Positions 7,497-8,169 of a stretch of DNA of 8,169 bases are shown here, in pieces. A model generated the notes under the pieces. The model was not told the DNA's origin and searched no databases. It saw only the letters and a list, made by a program, of their open reading frames with translations. This DNA is from Naegleria gruberi (taxonomy: Eukaryota): NCBI GenBank assembly GCA_000004985.1, contig GG739085.1, one strand, 5' to 3'. Positions within the stretch are counted from its first letter, which is position 1. Each line of letters starts with the position of its first letter. The position numbers and the translations under genes are program-made.

Positions 7497-8090
7497 TACA
7501 ATTACAATTTATTCGAATATTTTGTAATAATTTACAACTATTGAAAAAAGGCCACTTTATATCATTATCGATTTTCTATTGCCCCATTTGAACCTGTAAA
7601 AACAGGCAATATTTACAGAACCAACCCTATCTCATTAATTTTTTGACACTTTCGTATTTGTGTTGAGTTTCGGCATCCTCTCTTACCACTAAAACATTTC
7701 TCATGCTCATCCATCATTTCCAATATTATCGTAAGAATCGAAAAGCGCCCAAACGTTTAAATCGTGGTTTCTAAAGGCAGTCCTTTATTCGAAATGGAAG
7801 AAACCCTACAATATTAGAGAACAATTTTCGATAACATTCACCAGTCCCGAGGGCACGATTGAAAAAAAACGAGCTAACTGATCCATCACCACCACATTAT
7901 CCTCTTCTATTCGAAACTAATTCTCTCTGATTCAATAGAAGAAGAAAAAATCACAAGGTATTTTCCTACTCCGAGAAGAACAATTATACAGTTTGCCTTG
8001 TTTTCCAAATTCACTCTTCATCCCATACAAACATAGTACCGTATTGTGTTTCACCGTAAAGTCTCCAACTTCATATAACAAAATCACACA

Positions 8091-8169
8091 ATGAGCATCA
8101 CCATTGACACGCTGCCTCAACAGCAACAACCTCATCATCAAATCGGCAGCACAAACACTCCAACAACAC
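8091..8169 (+). CDS. 5' end of a Gln-rich protein (MSITIDTLPQQQQPHHQIGSTNTPTT...), truncated by the window end
   Basis: ATG at 8091 in A-rich context (AAAATCACACAATGAGC) after ~1 kb of ORF-free sequence. GC content rises at the ATG. Only 26 codons are visible, so support is weak. Confidence 0.3.
   Translation, partial: MSITIDTLPQQQQPHHQIGSTNTPTT

Noticed and set aside
8018-8036. Rap1-site-like ATCCCATACAAAC upstream of the last gene
   Set aside because: It matches only about 10 of 13 positions and lies about 60 bp from the ATG, closer than typical. It is not strong enough to call.
7932-8141. 69-aa minus-strand ORF
   Set aside because: It overlaps the 5' UTR and start of the + strand Q-rich gene and has no supporting features.
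1-8169. Prokaryotic defence, CRISPR or operon-type systems
   Set aside because: No direct-repeat/spacer arrays, Shine-Dalgarno-coupled operons or prokaryotic domain combinations are present. The sequence is eukaryotic: CK1 kinase, yeast-type Kozak contexts, long AT-rich intergenic regions, and GTAAGT splice-donor consensus.

Overview
This window is eukaryotic nuclear DNA, most likely from a budding-yeast-like fungus, not a prokaryotic locus. It is AT-rich and gene-dense, all genes are on the + strand, there are almost no introns, and two assembly gaps of N are present. The EEP gene has a textbook yeast start context (AAAAAAATGTCT). CTG encodes Leu at two universally conserved positions, which argues against a CTG-Ser clade yeast. 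Supported content, in order: (1) the 3' part of a multi-pass, 7TM-like membrane protein gene (to 772); (2) directly after its stop codon, an ~850-bp insertion-like element (775-1626) bounded by inverted GAC-Tn-CCGG-An-GTC termini with a flanking TAATA direct repeat, subterminal A5-GGCGCC-T5 / AGGCRCCTTTT repeats, and a 103-aa K/E-rich ORF with NLS-like motifs; (3) an endonuclease/exonuclease/phosphatase (EEP, DNase I-like) family gene starting at 1726 that runs into a 316-nt gap; (4) an open frame leaving that gap (2780-3523) encoding an acidic Ser/Asp/Glu-cluster protein, either the C-terminal part of the EEP gene or a separate gene; (5) a 2286-nt gap; (6) the C-terminal ~225 aa of a casein kinase I (CK1) family kinase (6343-7018) with an unusual S/T-rich insertion between the catalytic loop and the DFG motif and almost no C-terminal tail; (7) a ~1.07-kb ORF-free intergenic region; (8) the first 26 codons of a Q-rich protein at the window end. 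The long X-containing ORFs in the ORF track are artefacts of translating N runs. I see no CRISPR array, tRNA or rRNA gene, and nothing resembling a prokaryotic defence or mobile system. The most unusual structure is the TIR-bounded element between the first two genes.
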